IMG/VR virus record: IMGVR_UViG_3300022876_000187
Coordinates: 1 to 34,761 of that record
Direction: 5' to 3' (one strand)
DNA: 34,761 nucleotides
DNA from: a virus
Taxonomy: Duplodnaviria; Caudoviricetes
Part shown: in pieces, positions 16,068-25,340 of the stretch
How positions within the stretch are numbered: the stretch's first letter is position 1
Layout of the letters: every line of letters begins with the position of its first letter
Made by a program: the position numbers and the translations under genes
Notes under the pieces: generated by a model
What the model saw: the letters and a program-made list of their open reading frames with translations, nothing else
Told to the model about the DNA's origin: nothing
Databases searched by the model: none

Positions 16068-16101
16068 CAGGCAATCCCATATCTGCATTGGAGTGCATCA
16101 A

Positions 16102-16968
16102 ATGTCCTTTCAAATCACTGAAGCCTTTGTCCAGCAGTTCGGCGACAACTTCCGCCACCTGGCACAGCAAATGACCTCGCGGTTTGAAACCCGCGTGACC
16201 ATCGAGCCGAACATCGTCGGCATGTCCAAGTCCATCAACCGCCTGGGCCAGCGTACCGCCAAGCGCCGTACCACTCGCCACGGCGACACCCCGATCAACG
16301 ACCAGCCACACAGCACGCGCTACGTGGACCTGTTCGACTGGGAAGACGGCGACATGATCGACGACCAGGACAAGATCCGCATGCTGGTCGATCCGACCTC
16401 TGACTACGTCAAGGCGATGGTTTCCTCGCTGAACCGTGCGAAAGACGACGTGATCATCGCGTCCATGGGCGGCAACTCCCGGTCCACCACCGGCAACATC
16501 ATCCTGCCAACCACCCAGAAAATCGCGGTGGGCGGTACCGGCTTGACCAAGGCCAAGATCATCCAGGCCCGCAAGCTGTTCAGGAAGAACGAGGCGGACA
16601 ACCACAACGGTGAAGAGCTGTTCATCTGCTACACCGCCGCGGCCGCCGCCGACATCCTGGCTGATACCACCCTGACCAGCCAGGACTACCTGGCGGGCAA
16701 GTTCTTGCAGGACGGCGACGTTGAAGGCAAGTGGATGGGCTTCACCTGGATTCCATCCGAGCGCACCCCGTTCGATGGCTCCACCCGCAAGCTCTACGCC
16801 TGGGCCAAGTCCGGCGTGACCTTCGGCAAGGGCGCCGATATCACCACCAAGGTGGGCGAGGATCCCGGCAAAGGGTTCAACGTCCGTATCTACGGGAAAA
16901 TGTCCATCGGCTCCGTGCGGGTGGAAGAAGAGAAGGTCGTCGAGATCTCGGTAACCGAAGCCGCGTAA
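16102..16968 (+). CDS. Major capsid protein
   Basis: MSFQITEAFVQQF...LAQQMTSR, D..DKIRML.DP, GKWMGFTWI, GSVRVEEEKVV; GGAG RBS before ATG 16102. Confidence 0.92.
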   Translation: MSFQITEAFVQQFGDNFRHLAQQMTSRFETRVTIEPNIVGMSKSINRLGQRTAKRRTTRHGDTPINDQPHSTRYVDLFDWEDGDMIDDQDKIRMLVDPTSDYVKAMVSSLNRAKDDVIIASMGGNSRSTTGNIILPTTQKIAVGGTGLTKAKIIQARKLFRKNEADNHNGEELFICYTAAAAADILADTTLTSQDYLAGKFLQDGDVEGKWMGFTWIPSERTPFDGSTRKLYAWAKSGVTFGKGADITTKVGEDPGKGFNVRIYGKMSIGSVRVEEEKVVEISVTEAA

Positions 16969-16976
16969 GCGGCTTC
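16957..16976 (+). terminator. Hairpin at the capsid stop (attenuator or stabiliser)
   Basis: GAAGCCGC-GTAA-GCGGCTTC with the stop codon in a GNRA loop; pyrimidine tract follows. Confidence 0.5.
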
Positions 16977-17011
16977 TTGCCTTCTCCCAATCTGATCAGG
17001 AGCAATGAATC

Positions 17012-17536
17012 ATGGCAGTAGTAACCCTCAAGTCCACGGCCGTCACCAACTCTGACGCCTTCCCACAAACCCTGTCGCCCCAGCGAATCGATGGTGGCCG
17101 CATCCGCGAGCGTGTCGGCGTCATCGAAGCTGGCGCCGCTGATTCCATCGGCTCGGTGTATCGCCTGATGCGCATCAACTCGGTTGATCGTGTGTCGCGC
17201 CTGCTGCTGTCCTGCGATGCGATCACCACCGCGGTGGGCGATATCGGTATCTACGACATTTCGGCGGTCAACGCCGGCGCTGTCGTAGACGTCGATTTCT
17301 TCGCCTCGGCCCAGGCCCTGACCTCGGCACTGGTCAACCAGGATGTGACCCACGAAGCAGACGCGGCTGATGCCGGCACTGGCTTCGGCTTGGCCGACGT
17401 AGAGAAGCCCTTGTGGCAGGCACTTGGCCTCGCTGCTGACCCGGGCAAGCAGTACGACGTGGCAATCACCCTTACCGCTGCCGCAACTGGCGCCGGGACC
17501 GTGGTGCTGCGACTGCAGTACGTCGACGGCAACTGA
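17012..17536 (+). CDS. Probable capsid decoration/cement protein
   Basis: 174 aa, Ala/Thr-rich, between the capsid gene and a terminator; AGGAG RBS. Confidence 0.65.
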   Translation: MAVVTLKSTAVTNSDAFPQTLSPQRIDGGRIRERVGVIEAGAADSIGSVYRLMRINSVDRVSRLLLSCDAITTAVGDIGIYDISAVNAGAVVDVDFFASAQALTSALVNQDVTHEADAADAGTGFGLADVEKPLWQALGLAADPGKQYDVAITLTAAATGAGTVVLRLQYVDGN

Positions 17537-17566
17537 TTCACGGCGGGCCATGGATGGCAAACACTT

Positions 17567-17593
17567 ACCGGGGCCGCGCGCCCCGGTCTTTTT
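17567..17593 (+). terminator. Rho-independent terminator after the capsid genes
   Basis: ACCGGGGC/GCCCCGGT stem followed by CTTTTT. Confidence 0.8.
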
Positions 17594-17608
17594 ATCTGGA
17601 GGTTGAGG

Positions 17609-18196
17609 ATGAGCATGGCCACCGGAGTTTCGATTTGTTCCAACGCGTTGCTGATGCTCGGCGCGCAGACCATCAACGACTTTGCCGACCAGCTGAACCT
17701 GGACCGGGCCAAGCTCTGCGCCAACCTGTACCCGACTGTCCGTGATGATCTGATTCGTAGTCACCCGTGGAACTGCTGCATCAAGCGTGTAGTTCTGGCC
17801 CCTGATGCAGTGGCCCCAGCCTTCGGCTACGGCTACTCGTTCGAACTTCCCGCCGACTTCATGCGAGTGCTCGAGGTAGGGGAGAACGGCAACCAGATCG
17901 ATTATCTGGTTGAGGGGCGGACGATCCAGGCAACCACCACCGTTCTGGAGCTGCGCTATGTGTTCCGCAACGAGGTAGAGAGCACCTGGGACGCGTCCCT
18001 GGTGAAGCTCGCAACCTTGGCCATGGCAGCGGCCTTGGCGTATCCAGTCACGCAGTCAGCAGCCATGCAGCAAACCATGGAGGAAAAGCTGGAAATGTCC
18101 ATGCGTCGAGCACGCGCAGTGGATGGCCAGGAAGATCCACCCCAGATGCTTGGTGATGAGCGGCTTCTTGCTTCCCGCTTCGGGAGCTATTGGTAA
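17609..18196 (+). CDS. Tail tubular protein A / adaptor (T7 gp11-like)
   Basis: ICSNALLMLGA..I, RDDLIRSHPWNC, LPADFMRV; synteny. Confidence 0.85.
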   Translation: MSMATGVSICSNALLMLGAQTINDFADQLNLDRAKLCANLYPTVRDDLIRSHPWNCCIKRVVLAPDAVAPAFGYGYSFELPADFMRVLEVGENGNQIDYLVEGRTIQATTTVLELRYVFRNEVESTWDASLVKLATLAMAAALAYPVTQSAAMQQTMEEKLEMSMRRARAVDGQEDPPQMLGDERLLASRFGSYW

Positions 18197-20346
18197 TGGC
18201 TCGCCTGACGCTTGTTCAAACCAACTTCACGGCCGGCGAAGTCTCCCCGCGCATGCTTGGCCGTGTTGACTTGGCGCGCTACCAGAACGGGGCCGAGATC
18301 ATCGAGAACGCTTGGCCAGTGCTCCATGGCGGAGCTGTTCGCCGTGACGGGACACTGTACGTAGCTGCCGCCAAGTTCGCCGACAAAAAGTGCCGGCTGA
18401 TCCCCTACGTGTTTAACACCGAACAGGCCTACATGTGCGAGTTCGGCGATTTCTACGTCAGGATCTATTACCCGAATGGCACTTACACAAGTGTCGAGCT
18501 GGTCAGCCCATACGCCCACACCCTGCTCGATCGCATCGATTATGTGCAGGGCGCTGACACGATGTTCATCTTCACCAACTCCGTTCCCGTCTACCGCCTG
18601 CGCAGAATCACCGATACCGAGTGGAGCCTCGCCCCAGCGCCATTCGTGACAAAGCCCTTCGATGAGAAAGGGATTGATTTTGGGGTGAGCATCACATTCA
18701 GCGACCCAAGTGTTGGGACGGGGAGGACTGCAACCTCTTCAGTTGCTGCGTTCCTGGCCGCCGATGTTGGCCGTGAGATCTGGTCAGGTGGTGGCGTGGC
18801 TCGCATCACCGCAGTCACCAGCTCGACAGTGGTTACGGTTGAAGTCTTGAACGCCTTCACCACGGCCGTTCGTCCCACCTGGTCGCTGAAAGGTTCCCCG
18901 CAGGCCTCCAACGCGCTCAGCGCCTTCACTCCGGTAGGCAGCACCGTGACCATGACCCTGGCGCTCGCCGGGTGGCGTATCGACGACGTTGGGAAGTTCG
19001 TCAAGATCAATGGTGGTCTTCTGGAAATCAGCGCATATACAAGCCCGACAGTGGTCTCTGGGTTGATCAGGTCGGCGCCAACTTCCGCTACTGCTTCGCC
19101 GGCCAATGCCTGGTCACTTGAAGCGTCCGTATGGAATGACGTCGACGGGTACCCAGGAGCTGGAACACTTTATGAACAGCGCCTTGCCCTGGGCGGCTCT
19201 GTGAACTACCCGCAAACCATCTGGGAGTCACGCACGGGCGAGTACCTGAACTTCGAGCTGGGCACCAAGGACGACGACGCGCTTTCCTACAACCTGTCTT
19301 CCGACCAGATAAACCCGATCCTGCACATGGGGCAGATCAACGCCCTGATTCCCCTGACCTATGGCGGAGAGTTCACGGTCAGCGGTGGGGTGGAGAAGTC
19401 GATCACACCGACAAACATCCGTGCAAAGAACCCGTCGGTTTATGGCTGCAACCGTGTTCGTCCGGTACGCATCGGCAACGAGCTGTATTTCGTCCAGCGT
19501 GCCAACCGCAAGCTGCGGGCCATGGCCTACAAGTACGACTCCGACACCTTCGGGTCGCCTGATATGTCCGTGCTGTCCGAGCATGCGACCAAGTCCGGCA
19601 TCGTAGACATGGCCTATCAGCAAGAGCCTGAGTCGATCCTGTTCATGGTCCGCGCCGATGGCGTGATGGCGACAATGACCGTCGACCGGGACCAGGATGT
19701 TATTGGCTGGGCGCGCCAGGTCACTGACGGCGCGTTTGAGTCGGTGGCATCGATACCGACCGCCGACGGCGACCAGGTGTGGTGCGTTGTTCGAAGGACT
19801 GTAAACGGCCAGAACGTCCGCTACATCGAGCGGTTCAATCAGGGCATCCGTGTTGACTGCGGCGTGTTTGCGATAAGCGAGGTCGGGCAGAGCGTATGGG
19901 GAGGCCTGGCACACCTGGAAGGCATGACGGTGGATATCGTCGCCGACGGCGTGGTGATGCAGCAGCAGGTGGTCACCGGCGGACAGATAACGCTCCCTCG
20001 CACGGCCAAGTACGTGCAGATTGGCCTCAACTTCAAGACCAGGATCAAGACGCTGACCCCGGAAGTGCAGGGCAATACCGGCAGTGTTCAGGGGAACAGC
20101 ATGCGCATCGGAGAGGTGACGCTGCGCTTTCTGGAGACCATCGGCTGCAAGATCAATGGCCAGACCGTCGCGTTCCGGAATCTCGGGGCCCAGGTACTGG
20201 ACCATCCGCCAGTCTTGTTCACTGGCGTGCATCGCCTGGAGAACCTTGGGTGGGAACGTGGGCAGGCCTCCTTGCTGATCGAGCAGGACCAGCCTTTGCC
20301 GTTCCACCTTCTTAGCGTCATCAAGAAAGCCACATTCAACGATTGA
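18196..20346 (+). CDS. Tail tubular protein B / nozzle (T7 gp12-like)
   Basis: QTNFTAGEVSPRMLGRVD, GGAVRRDGT, YEQRL, IWESRTG.YLNF; 716 aa. Confidence 0.88.
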   Translation: MARLTLVQTNFTAGEVSPRMLGRVDLARYQNGAEIIENAWPVLHGGAVRRDGTLYVAAAKFADKKCRLIPYVFNTEQAYMCEFGDFYVRIYYPNGTYTSVELVSPYAHTLLDRIDYVQGADTMFIFTNSVPVYRLRRITDTEWSLAPAPFVTKPFDEKGIDFGVSITFSDPSVGTGRTATSSVAAFLAADVGREIWSGGGVARITAVTSSTVVTVEVLNAFTTAVRPTWSLKGSPQASNALSAFTPVGSTVTMTLALAGWRIDDVGKFVKINGGLLEISAYTSPTVVSGLIRSAPTSATASPANAWSLEASVWNDVDGYPGAGTLYEQRLALGGSVNYPQTIWESRTGEYLNFELGTKDDDALSYNLSSDQINPILHMGQINALIPLTYGGEFTVSGGVEKSITPTNIRAKNPSVYGCNRVRPVRIGNELYFVQRANRKLRAMAYKYDSDTFGSPDMSVLSEHATKSGIVDMAYQQEPESILFMVRADGVMATMTVDRDQDVIGWARQVTDGAFESVASIPTADGDQVWCVVRRTVNGQNVRYIERFNQGIRVDCGVFAISEVGQSVWGGLAHLEGMTVDIVADGVVMQQQVVTGGQITLPRTAKYVQIGLNFKTRIKTLTPEVQGNTGSVQGNSMRIGEVTLRFLETIGCKINGQTVAFRNLGAQVLDHPPVLFTGVHRLENLGWERGQASLLIEQDQPLPFHLLSVIKKATFND

Positions 20347-20356
20347 GGGTTCACCA

Positions 20357-20803
20357 ATGATCAGGCCTGCCAAGCATTCCGATGTGCCGCGACTTGTCGA
20401 GTTGGCCGTGCTTCTGCACTCCACAAGTAACTACTCGAGCATGGGCTTCTCGGCCGAGAAAACCGGCAGCTTTCTGCATGACCTGATCAATGGTCAGGGT
20501 GGCGTGGTGTTTGTTGCGGAGGTTGGTGGGGTGGTGGTGGGCGGCATGGCCGGAGGCATCACCGATCAGTGGTTCAGCGATGATCTGATCGCTTACGACT
20601 ACTCGATCTTCATCGAGCCTGCACGACGCAGTGGCATTACTGCAGTCCGCCTGATCAGCACGTTTGAGCAGTGGGCGCGCATCAAGGGAGCCAAGCAACT
20701 CCACATGGGGATTGGCACAGGAATCAACGTCGAAGGCACCGTGCGGCTGTACCAGTCGTGCGGGCTCAATCACTTCGGCCCACTCATGATGAAGGAACTT
20801 TGA
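20357..20803 (+). CDS. GNAT-family acetyltransferase-like protein (T7 gp13 position)
   Basis: MIRPA...D, FIEPARRSGITAVRLI, LYQSCG GNAT motifs. Confidence 0.85.
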   Translation: MIRPAKHSDVPRLVELAVLLHSTSNYSSMGFSAEKTGSFLHDLINGQGGVVFVAEVGGVVVGGMAGGITDQWFSDDLIAYDYSIFIEPARRSGITAVRLISTFEQWARIKGAKQLHMGIGTGINVEGTVRLYQSCGLNHFGPLMMKEL

Positions 20804-20804
20804 T

Positions 20805-21320
20805 ATGGCAATCACAGCGGCAACAGCCGCCTATGCCGCGCTCGCAGCCGCGACGGCCTACTCGGTTTACACGACCCAGCAATCTGGCAAGCAGGCACAG
20901 CTCAACGCTGATGCACAGGCCGACCAGGCGCGCCTGGACGCAGAGACGGAGGCGAGCGCCGCGGTAGTGCAGGCCGACCGCATCCGCAGGCTTGCACGCA
21001 ACCAGGCGAGCCAGGCCAATGCGGCCCTGGCTGCATCTGGCGTTGAGGTGGGGGCCGGTACCGCGATCAACATCAACGAGGAGATCATCGGCAACGCCGA
21101 AGAAGACGCCGTGTTGACCATCTTCAACGGAAAGAACAAGCAGGCCAGGCTCTACAACGACGCCAGCAATTACAGCTTGGCGGGCGATCAGGCCAAGTCG
21201 GCGGCCAATGCGCAGTCATTTGGCACCGTGCTTTCTGCTGGCGCCAAGGCCGCAAGCGGATGGAAGGCATCGGCTGCTGGTCGAAACGGAACAACTCCCC
21301 AGGCCGGAGGCAACTTGTAA
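20805..21320 (+). CDS. Internal virion protein (gp14-like)
   Basis: Ala/Gln-rich, hydrophobic N-terminus, AALAASGV motif. Confidence 0.75.
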   Translation: MAITAATAAYAALAAATAYSVYTTQQSGKQAQLNADAQADQARLDAETEASAAVVQADRIRRLARNQASQANAALAASGVEVGAGTAININEEIIGNAEEDAVLTIFNGKNKQARLYNDASNYSLAGDQAKSAANAQSFGTVLSAGAKAASGWKASAAGRNGTTPQAGGNL

Positions 21321-23341
21321 TGGCGCAAATCCCGCTGGGTAACTTTGACCGTGTTGCGGTCACCCAGGAAGTGACGCCAAACCGCGTCATTATCAACGAC
21401 AACAGTGGCCAGGCACAGGCCGCGCAACAAGCCGCGAATACGGTTCAGAAGGCAGCGTTCAGCTTGCTGGACCAGCAGCGCGAGGAAGACCAGGCCCTTG
21501 CCAGGGTGAAGGCCAGTAACGCGGTGATCGATCGTGAATCGCAGATCAAGACCATCACGGCTGACCTCGACGAGCAGATGCGCCTGGGCAAGCTCAGCTA
21601 CGACAAGTCGGAGGAAGCCTACAACACAGCAGTGTCGAAGCTGGACCCCATTGAAACCCCAGGCCTTGATGAGGCCCAGAAGGGCGCTATTGGCAATTCG
21701 CTGAAGCGCTTGCAGCTCGGTGGCCTGGACCAGGTGCGTGCGTCTTCAGCCAAAGGGAGAATTCTCGCCGCACAGAGCGATCTGACCTCGCGCATGGATA
21801 TGCTAGGGAAGGATGCAGCTTTGCCCGGGGCCAATGTCGATCAGATCAACGCCCGCATGGATGCCGAGGATATCGACACCGCCGGGCGCCTGGCTTTCGG
21901 CGAGGCCTGGGCCAGCAAGAAGCAGGAGTTCAAGGACAGCAATTGGACTACGCACGCAACCCAGCGGGTGATTGGTGCCCGTGACAGCCTGGGCAACCTG
22001 CAGCAGGTCGAGCACGACCTCACCGCTGCGGATGGGTTCTATGCCCAGAAGCTTGACCCGGAAAAGCGTAACCAGCTGCTGAACACCGTCACCGGCCGCA
22101 TCTTCCAGGTGAAGGAGCATCAGCAGCGCCAGGCCGAAATGCGGGAAATGAAGGCCGAGCGCGCGCTTACCCAGATGGACCGGCAAGCCGCCAGCGGTAT
22201 TCCGCCGACGCCGGCGGATCAGCAGCGGTGGAAGGCAACGCTCTCTGGCACGTCTATGGCAGGCGAGTACAACACCCGCATCGGTGAAATGAACGAAGTG
22301 CAGCAGTTGCTCCGGCAGCCGATCCCCGTGCAACAGCAGTACATCGACCGCAAGCGTCAGCAGATGGCGGCCAACGGCGGTAGCGTCACCGAGCAGGCCA
22401 ACGTCAATCGGTTGCAGGCCGCCGTGGACAACAACACCAAGCTACTGCGCGACAATCCGCTGACCTTCAATGCCATGCGTACCGGCTCAGATGTTGAGCC
22501 GCTTGACGTTTCAGGCATCGCCACCCCGGAAGGACAGGCGAAGTTGGGCGAGCAGATCGCCGGCCGCTTCGACGTGGTGAACTCCGTTCGCAAGGCCTAT
22601 GGGCCAGAGGTCGCACGTAACCCCTGGAAGCCAGAAGAGCAGACCATGCTGGCAGCCCTGCTGGGGCAGGCGGACGACGGGACGAAGTTGCAGCTGCTGG
22701 GCGCTATCGCTGCGTCAGCACCATCTGGCGCTGACTACGCAGCAGCCATCAAACCGCTTGCCGCAGATCAGCCCATCACTGTGCTGGCCGGCCTGGCGCA
22801 GTTCCGCGGGCTCAAGGGGACCGACGGAACCGATGTTCCCAAGACCCTGCTGTCCGGTGCCAAGGTGTTGGCCGACAAGTCGACGCCAATGCCCAAGGAC
22901 AACCTGTTCCGTGAGGCGTTCGACGAGCAGGTTGGCAACTCCCTGGTGCCGGGAACCCCACAGCGCGAACAGGCCTACTTGGCCTTCAAGTCGTTGTATG
23001 CCGGCATGGCCGGGCCGAAGGGCATCAAGCACGAAGGCCCATCGCCAGAAGTGGACAGCGACCTTGTAGAGCAGGCTGTGACCATGGCCACTGGCGGTAT
23101 CGGAGAGCGTGGCGGGGTGAAGGTGGTGAAGCCATACGGCATGGATGACGAAGCCTTCAACAAGGCCGTTGACATGGAGCTGGATGGCCTCGCTACCCGT
23201 AGCAAGTTCCCGATTGGGCAGCTGGAGGATATGCCGCTGTCACCCGTTCCAGGGCGGGAAGGCTCCTACTACCTGCTGAACGCGGGCCGGGTGCAGATTG
23301 ACCCGGCGACCAACGAACCCATGGTGGTGAAAGTCAAATGA
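21320..23341 (+). CDS. Internal virion (ejection) protein
   Basis: 673 aa, helical Ala/Gln-rich; TAATG coupling with GGAGG RBS; synteny. Confidence 0.75.
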   Translation: MAQIPLGNFDRVAVTQEVTPNRVIINDNSGQAQAAQQAANTVQKAAFSLLDQQREEDQALARVKASNAVIDRESQIKTITADLDEQMRLGKLSYDKSEEAYNTAVSKLDPIETPGLDEAQKGAIGNSLKRLQLGGLDQVRASSAKGRILAAQSDLTSRMDMLGKDAALPGANVDQINARMDAEDIDTAGRLAFGEAWASKKQEFKDSNWTTHATQRVIGARDSLGNLQQVEHDLTAADGFYAQKLDPEKRNQLLNTVTGRIFQVKEHQQRQAEMREMKAERALTQMDRQAASGIPPTPADQQRWKATLSGTSMAGEYNTRIGEMNEVQQLLRQPIPVQQQYIDRKRQQMAANGGSVTEQANVNRLQAAVDNNTKLLRDNPLTFNAMRTGSDVEPLDVSGIATPEGQAKLGEQIAGRFDVVNSVRKAYGPEVARNPWKPEEQTMLAALLGQADDGTKLQLLGAIAASAPSGADYAAAIKPLAADQPITVLAGLAQFRGLKGTDGTDVPKTLLSGAKVLADKSTPMPKDNLFREAFDEQVGNSLVPGTPQREQAYLAFKSLYAGMAGPKGIKHEGPSPEVDSDLVEQAVTMATGGIGERGGVKVVKPYGMDDEAFNKAVDMELDGLATRSKFPIGQLEDMPLSPVPGREGSYYLLNAGRVQIDPATNEPMVVKVK

Positions 23342-25254
23342 GCTGGCTAGACGGATTGGTCGAGGAAAACGAGGCGGCGAGCCAGGACCAGAGACTGGAG
23401 CGCACTGAAGAGCGTCCGGTGCCCGGGGCGTTTACTGGGGCGCTGGATACCCTGGGGCCCAACCTGCTCCGCGGCGGGCTTGAAGCTGGCGCTGCCGTTG
23501 AATCTGGTTTCAGTTCCCTGTGGCAGGGCAGCCTGGATGCGGCGGCTAGCCTGCTGCTGCCCGAGCCTAAGTTCGGTGGCACTCCGGACGTAACCAGCGC
23601 TGAGCGGTCCAGCCAGGAAACCCTGGGGCAGGGCACGGCCAAGGCGGTCATGGACCTGCGACCAGATCCAGCAGAGGTCGGTATCGTTGGGCAGATCCTG
23701 GGCGAGGCTGCAGCTGTTCTGCCAAGAACTGTGGCCGGCACGGTCCTTGGTGGTCCTGTCGGCGGTGCTGTAGCTGCTGGGGCGCCTGCTGGCTACAGCG
23801 GTAAGCAGGTCGGCATGGCCGAGGGCTTGGACGAGTCCACAGCCACCTACAAGGGCTTGATCGACGCGGCAACCGTGGGCATCGGCGCGGCGTTGCCGGC
23901 GGCGCGATTCGTCGGCCCAGTCGTTGGTGATGCTGCAATCGCCGTTGGCGCCAACGTGGGCTTGGGCATGGCCGGCCGCGGCGCTACCGCCGCGCTGCTG
24001 GACAGCAACGGATATGCCGCCCAGGCCGCGCAGTATCGGGCAATGGATGGTACGGCCATCCTGACGGATGCGGTCCTGGGGGCTGCCTTCTTCGGCATTG
24101 GCCGCGCGGGCATGCGCAGGCCGACCAGCGACCAGGTGGCGGCCGCACTCACCGAGCGCAGCGTCCAGCACGCCGATATCGATACGGCGCCCGGGGCGCC
24201 GATCAACCCGCGATCAGCTGTTGCGCACCAGGATGCGATCCGCACGGCTATCGATCAGTTGAGCCGCGGCGAGCCGGTTGTGCTGCCCGAAAGCATCCAC
24301 TCCGCGGAGTTCCTGCGAACTGCCGAGGATTCCTCGGTAGTTGCCCCGAGCCGTGATGTGGCCTTGGCCACTGCCCGCCAGGATCTGGAGCCGACGCTGC
24401 GTATCGAGCTGGAACAGGAAGCCGCCGGCATTCTGCCCAACGTGAAGGACGTTAAAGCCGAGCTGTCCGCTGTATCCCGCAGCCTGGAAGGCCTGGACAG
24501 CACATTCAAGGCCAGGGCCAAGGAGTTCCAGCAGCAGGGCCAGAGCCGAAAGCAGGCCGAGCAGTCAGCGCGCCAGGCCATTGAGTCTGAGCGCCTGGAC
24601 CTTGCCGACCGCCAGGCGTCGCTGAATGACTCTCTTGGCGGCAACCGTAGTGCCGAACTGGCACGGGCCGATCTGGCTGCCATGGATCGCGGCGAAACGC
24701 CAAAGCGCTTGCAGGACCGGATGGCCAAGCGGGCTGACACTATCGCGAAGGGCTTCGACAAGACCCCGCTCGCGGCCGGTATCGCCGAGGGAAATAGCCA
24801 GCTGACCATGGCCCAAATCGCCCGCCAGGAAATCGCCCGAATCCTGGACGATATCGAGCGCGCTGACCCACGCATTGAGCCGGTTCCGCTGGAAATGCCC
24901 ACCATGATCGAAGCCAGTCCGGGTAAGGGTTCAAGCCCGAAAGTTGGAGACTCGGCCACCAGGGCAGAAGCGGCCTCCACCGGTGGGGATAGTCCCGGCG
25001 AGAAGCCGAGCACCCGCCAGGGTGAACCAGCCAATACTACTGCCACTGATCCAGAAATTGCCGTCGTCGACGAGATCCTGGCCCGGGTCGATGATATGCG
25101 CCTGGCCACCGGCGCCCTGGACGAGGGGGGCAACCCTGTAACCGTGTCAGCGCGCGAACTGCTGGCCAGCGCTGATGCCGATATCGTCCGGGCACAGGAA
25201 GAGTCCCGAGGGTTCGCTGCCGCGGCCGCTTGCTTCCTGCAGAGAGGTTTTTAA
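23338..25254 (+). CDS. Internal virion (ejection) protein
   Basis: 638 aa with Gly/Ala-rich hydrophobic segments; ATGA coupling. Confidence 0.75.
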   Translation: MSWLDGLVEENEAASQDQRLERTEERPVPGAFTGALDTLGPNLLRGGLEAGAAVESGFSSLWQGSLDAAASLLLPEPKFGGTPDVTSAERSSQETLGQGTAKAVMDLRPDPAEVGIVGQILGEAAAVLPRTVAGTVLGGPVGGAVAAGAPAGYSGKQVGMAEGLDESTATYKGLIDAATVGIGAALPAARFVGPVVGDAAIAVGANVGLGMAGRGATAALLDSNGYAAQAAQYRAMDGTAILTDAVLGAAFFGIGRAGMRRPTSDQVAAALTERSVQHADIDTAPGAPINPRSAVAHQDAIRTAIDQLSRGEPVVLPESIHSAEFLRTAEDSSVVAPSRDVALATARQDLEPTLRIELEQEAAGILPNVKDVKAELSAVSRSLEGLDSTFKARAKEFQQQGQSRKQAEQSARQAIESERLDLADRQASLNDSLGGNRSAELARADLAAMDRGETPKRLQDRMAKRADTIAKGFDKTPLAAGIAEGNSQLTMAQIARQEIARILDDIERADPRIEPVPLEMPTMIEASPGKGSSPKVGDSATRAEAASTGGDSPGEKPSTRQGEPANTTATDPEIAVVDEILARVDDMRLATGALDEGGNPVTVSARELLASADADIVRAQEESRGFAAAAACFLQRGF

Positions 25255-25276
25255 ATGTGGGGGAAAGTCACTTTTA

Positions 25277-25313
25277 AATAGTCGGGAAACCGTCTATCCC
25301 CGAACCATAGGCT
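25277..25313 (+). promoter_or_regulatory. Putative late promoter 4
   Basis: AATA-GTCGGGAAACCGTC-N13-TAGGCT. Confidence 0.75.
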
Positions 25314-25340
25314 TGCCTCCATTCCTACAGGAGGCAAGCC

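Noticed and set aside
15970-16101. N-terminal extension of the capsid ORF from 15970
   Set aside because: No RBS there; ATG 16102 has GGAG and a typical capsid N-terminus, so the region is better explained as a structured leader
20357-20803. GNAT gene as a toxin or resistance moron
   Set aside because: Co-oriented and in the conserved slot between nozzle and internal virion genes; no antitoxin or separate promoter seen
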